A DNA stretch of 64,000 bases from an uncultured Calditrichaceae bacterium (GTDB lineage: Bacteria; Calditrichota; Calditrichia; Calditrichales; J004), in NCBI GenBank assembly GCA_964456445.1, contig CAYWBI010000001.1, positions 49,593-113,592 of the forward strand, in the 5' to 3' direction. This document shows positions 61,201 through 64,000 of this stretch, piece after piece; the first letter of the stretch is position 1, and every line of letters starts with the position of its first letter. Below the pieces are notes generated by a model. That model made no database searches and was not told where the DNA came from. It was given only the letters and a program-made list of their open reading frames with translations. The translations under genes were made by a program, and so were the position numbers.

Positions 61201-64000
61201 CCATTTGGCAGGACATCCTCGCCGTGGAACCCATCGGCATACACCGTAATTTTTTTCAATTAGGCGGCCACTCGATTCTTGCCACACGCCTGGTTACACG
61301 CTTCCGTCAGGCTTTTAAAGTGGAAATCCCATTAAGCGCCGTTTTTGATTCGCCCACCATCGCCCGCCAGGCTTTGTTGGTTGAAATGGAACAGGCCAGC
61401 GGTCAACGTCCGGATCTGCCCGAATTGGTCCCCGTGGCCCGTTCCGGGCTACTGCCCGTTTCACTGCCCCAACAACGTTTGTGGTTCATCGATCAGTTTA
61501 ACCCGGGCACCACCGCCTACAACATCAACCTGGCCCTGATGATAAACGGAAAACTGGATATTGAGTTATTGGAAAAAAGTATCCGGGCGGTAATCGACCG
61601 GCACGAAATTCTAAGGACCAGTTTTGTCAACAAAGACGGAGCGCCCTATTTGCATATTCATTCCGATTTTGACTTCCATTTGGAATATGCCGAAAACAAA
61701 GATGGAATACCGGAAGAAGAAACGGTCCGCAGCGAGTCCGCCGCCATGGCCGCAACCGTTTTTAACCTGGAAGAACTACCGCTATTGCGTATGAGGGTAG
61801 TCGGTTTTAATGATACCCGCTTTTTGTTGACGGGCGTCATCCATCATATTATCAGCGACGGGCAGTCGATGCAGGTTTTTATCAATGAGGTATTGGCCTT
61901 TTACCGCGCCCTTAGCACAAAGAACGAAGTAGATATGGCCCCCCTTCCCTTCCAGTACGCCGATTATGCCTCTTGGCAGCGTCAATGGTTAAGCGGTGAT
62001 ATCCTGGAAAAACATATCCGGTACTGGAAGGAAAAAATCGGTCCACAACCCGACGTTTTGGAACTGCCCACGGATTTTCCACGTCCGGCGGTACAATCCT
62101 TTAACGGACGGCAAATCGATTTTGAACTGGAAGAAAGCCAAACGGCCCGTTTAAAAATTTTTACGCAACAAAACGGCGTCACCCTGTTTATGGCCCTGAT
62201 GACCGCTTACCAAATCCTGTTGCACCGCTATAGCCGTCAAACGAATATTTTGATCGGTTCACCGGTTACCGGGCGGCTGTTGGAAGAATCCAATAATCTG
62301 ATTGGTTTTTTTGTAAACACCCTGGTATTAAAAGGCTCGTTTGAGGCAAGCACCACCGTTGCACAGACCTTACAAAATATCCGGCAGAATGTCCTCGAAG
62401 CCCATGCCCATCAATCCCTGCCCTTCGAGCAACTGGTGGAACTGCTTCAGCCGGAACGTGACCTGGCCCATCCTCCGCTTTTTCAGGCGGCGTTTATTTT
62501 ACAGAATGCACAAAGCCTGGCTATGGATACGGCCGGTCTGCAATTTGAAGAAGTCGTTCCGGAATCCGTTGTGGCCAAGGTAGATTTAAGTCTTTATGCA
62601 ATCGAAAACGCAGATAACATCAGTTTGAGATTGGAATATAACAGTGACCTGTTCCGCGCGGAAACCATCGAACGCATGGGGCGTCATTTGATGCGGGTTT
62701 TAACCGGGATGCTGGAAAATCCGGCGCGGAAAATTGCACAGATCCCGCTGATGGGACGCAGGGAACAAGATCAACTTCTTCAACAACTGTCCGCCCGTGC
62801 CGCGGATAAATTAAAAATGAATAATGTCGTGGCGGCCTTTCGTGCCCGGGTTGTTGAAAACCATTCGCAGACCGCCCTGTCCACAAACGGAAGTGAAATA
62901 TCGTATGCCGAGCTGGACAGGCTTTCGGATAAGGCAGCAGGCCGTCTGTTGGAGACCGGGATTAAAACAGAAGATATCCTGGGTATTTGCATGGACCGCG
63001 GCCCATTGACGGTAATTGCCATGCTGGCCATTCTAAAGGCCGGAGCGGCATATCTGCCGCTTGATCCAGCCTATCCAGGGGAACGGTTGCGCTATATGGC
63101 GCAGGATGCGGGCGCCTCCTTCATTTTAACAAACGATAGTACATTGGAACATGCCCAGTCTGTTTTTCCGCCGGATATCCAACTAATAACCATGGAATCC
63201 CTGTTGCAGGAAGGCAAAACTGACAACACGCTAACCCTGCCGGAAATCGGTCCGCTTCAACTGGCCTATGTGATTTACACCTCCGGCTCTACGGGAAAGC
63301 CCAAGGGAACGTTGTTGGCGCACCGGGGATTGGTGAACCTTGCCCATGAACAGCGCAAGGCTTTTAAAATAGATTCCACCAGCCGGATTTTACAGTTTGC
63401 CTCGCTGAGTTTTGACGCGGCTACCTGGGAAATATTTATGGCCCTGTTGAACGGTGCGGCACTGCACCTGATCGAAACAGAAACCCAGGCCGATATCGGC
63501 CTGTTACAGGAGCGGATGGTAGCGGAAAAAATCAGCACAATTACCTTGCCGCCTTCTGTGCTGGCCTTGTTTGACACTCGGCCCATGCCCGATTTAAAAA
63601 CAATCATCACGGCGGGTGAAAAGTGTCCGCAACCACTGGTAAAACGTTTCCAGCCCGGTCGTCAGATGGTGAACGCCTATGGTCCCACGGAAACCACCGT
63701 GTGCGCCTGTTATTATGAAACCAATGCAAGTGAAACCCTAAATCCGCCCATTGGTTTTCCACTTGGCGGCTTTGACCTGCATGTTCTGGATTCAAACCTG
63801 CAATTGTTACCGGTGGGCGTACCCGGCGAATTGTGTATCGGTGGCATAGGGTTGGCGCGCGGCTACCTCAACCGGCCGGACCTGACCAATGAAAAATTTA
63901 TTGCGCATCCTTATGGCCCGCCGGGCGCGCGTTTGTACCGTAGCGGTGACCTGGTTAAACGCCGTGACGACGGTGCCATGGAATTTTTGGGCCGCATCGA
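58239..64000 (+). CDS. NRPS (3' partial, runs off window): C(DCL-like)-A(Ser)-PCP-C(LCL-like)-A(Phe)...
   Basis: Hand translation from ATG 58239: MSKKPTQHKNIEDIYPLSPMQQGMLFH... I saw no stop codon in the stretches I translated by hand (58239 to about 60560 and 63351-63720), and checkpoints at the PCP, C2 and A2 motifs stay in this frame (codon starts divisible by 3) to near 64000. It is not in the ORF track, presumably because it is open-ended. C1 HHLILDGWS (58680). A1 AYMIYTSGSTGRPKGA, code DVWHISLVDK. PCP FFQLGGHSIL (Ser codon 61272-61274). C2 HHIISDGQS (61842). A2 AYVIYTSGSTGKPKGT (63264), code DAWTIAAVCK. Confidence 0.9.
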   Translation, partial: MSKKPTQHKNIEDIYPLSPMQQGMLFHKLLEPESPTYNELMYFKLRGPIEPQVFRNALRALVRRHSVLRTAFIYKKSEKLLQVVHKEVELPVLMDDWRDKTSEEQSIGFKILLDKDRKKGFNLSKAPLLRLHLLRLEDDLWQVLWSNHHLILDGWSNPILLKELFILYETGLKGLEAPLPPARPFKEYILWLQKQDKEKANVFWKDFLQEFSVPTPFNVDKLPNQRKSMDRYGKQQFRLNRTETARIKATARKENLTVNSMVQGAWALLLHHYSRENQIVFGATVSGRPAEITDIQNMVGLFINTLPLCVNIDPQKSTNTWLKEVQRMAVLLRDFEYSALADVQKQSAIDSGPLFESILVFENYPVEEEMGRQKTSLTLSDFGVYEQTNFPLTLLVAADEEIIIDASYQPTRFTEPVITDMLGHLRNLLLSMARNPDLPLGQHKILNQEQEESLLKISKGPQQNYDSTAFIPIQFERQVRATPTQTVLIFDDRKWSYDALNRAVNRLARELIHAGIKADRRVAVYMERSAEMVLALYAIIKAGAAYVPIDPTNPTDRIRFMLEDSKPALILTQKKFIQDIRQSGHKHLIVDVDNLPERSEDNPKLDIAPDQAAYMIYTSGSTGRPKGAILPHKAIRNRLQWMQNTYKLDATDRILQKTPYTFDVSLWEFFWPLMYGATLVMARPEGHKDTAYLVQTIHDQKITTLHFVPPMLQVFLEAPGVGTCDSLKRVICSGEALPVDLKERFYKKLHADFHNLYGPTEAAVDVTAYACTQTLQNKLLPIGKPIANTNIYVLDEQLRPVPVGVPGELFIGGIQLARGYHLRPDLTAEKFIPDPFSKIPGARMYRSGDLVRRLPGGDIDYLSRLDFQLKIRGFRIELGEIEANLTALSEIREALVTVYEPQPGNKQLTAYITPANSGTVIDADNIRAALSASLPDYMIPVHFITLESFPLTPNGKIDRKALPAPEGPAPDTESYVAPGTALEKEIQTIWQDILAVEPIGIHRNFFQLGGHSILATRLVTRFRQAFKVEIPLSAVFDSPTIARQALLVEMEQASGQRPDLPELVPVARSGLLPVSLPQQRLWFIDQFNPGTTAYNINLALMINGKLDIELLEKSIRAVIDRHEILRTSFVNKDGAPYLHIHSDFDFHLEYAENKDGIPEEETVRSESAAMAATVFNLEELPLLRMRVVGFNDTRFLLTGVIHHIISDGQSMQVFINEVLAFYRALSTKNEVDMAPLPFQYADYASWQRQWLSGDILEKHIRYWKEKIGPQPDVLELPTDFPRPAVQSFNGRQIDFELEESQTARLKIFTQQNGVTLFMALMTAYQILLHRYSRQTNILIGSPVTGRLLEESNNLIGFFVNTLVLKGSFEASTTVAQTLQNIRQNVLEAHAHQSLPFEQLVELLQPERDLAHPPLFQAAFILQNAQSLAMDTAGLQFEEVVPESVVAKVDLSLYAIENADNISLRLEYNSDLFRAETIERMGRHLMRVLTGMLENPARKIAQIPLMGRREQDQLLQQLSARAADKLKMNNVVAAFRARVVENHSQTALSTNGSEISYAELDRLSDKAAGRLLETGIKTEDILGICMDRGPLTVIAMLAILKAGAAYLPLDPAYPGERLRYMAQDAGASFILTNDSTLEHAQSVFPPDIQLITMESLLQEGKTDNTLTLPEIGPLQLAYVIYTSGSTGKPKGTLLAHRGLVNLAHEQRKAFKIDSTSRILQFASLSFDAATWEIFMALLNGAALHLIETETQADIGLLQERMVAEKISTITLPPSVLALFDTRPMPDLKTIITAGEKCPQPLVKRFQPGRQMVNAYGPTETTVCACYYETNASETLNPPIGFPLGGFDLHVLDSNLQLLPVGVPGELCIGGIGLARGYLNRPDLTNEKFIAHPYGPPGARLYRSGDLVKRRDDGAMEFLGRI

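Noticed and set aside
27930-64000. Thioesterase/reductase release domain, PPTase, MbtH-like protein, PAPS-synthesis genes and transporters expected for a complete cluster
   Set aside because: None is present in the window. Their absence cannot be interpreted because the last NRPS ORF is truncated by the window edge.

Overview
The window has two parts. (1) Positions 1-26.6 kb hold about 22 conserved housekeeping genes, all on the minus strand: apt, acyP, asnS, fbp, purC, gpsA, plsY, purM, an acyl-CoA ligase, polA, mutS2, cvpA, yqeY, a TPR protein, a histidine kinase/response regulator pair, efp, a hypothetical protein, an HDAC-family protein, a type I asparaginase and ppdK. (2) A 495-bp very AT-rich spacer follows, and everything from 27.1 kb to the right edge is on the plus strand. 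This part starts with an AraC-type regulator, followed by at least 36 kb of a FAAL-primed hybrid PKS/NRPS assembly line that runs off the window with no TE seen. By motif reading, the domain order is: FAAL-ACP / KS-AT-DH-ER-KR-ACP / C-A(Tyr-like)-PCP | KS-AT-KR-ACP | C-A(?)-PCP | C-A(Ser)-PCP-ST-C-A(Ser)-PCP-E | free-standing sulfotransferase | C(DCL-like)-A(Ser)-PCP-C-A(Phe)... The most unusual feature is a CurM/Ols-type sulfotransferase domain fused in cis inside an NRPS protein, directly after a Ser-specific A-PCP. A second, translationally coupled stand-alone sulfotransferase lies downstream. The second notable feature is a small four-helix-bundle (23S rRNA IVS protein/Avd-like) gene. It is flanked by perfect 26-nt inverted repeats built from YAATTAA heptamers and sits exactly between the PKS and NRPS ORFs. 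I recognised no tRNA, rRNA, CRISPR array, transposase or integrase. All calls come from reading the ORF translations and the DNA by eye; no searches were run, and domain borders are approximate (about +/-60 nt).
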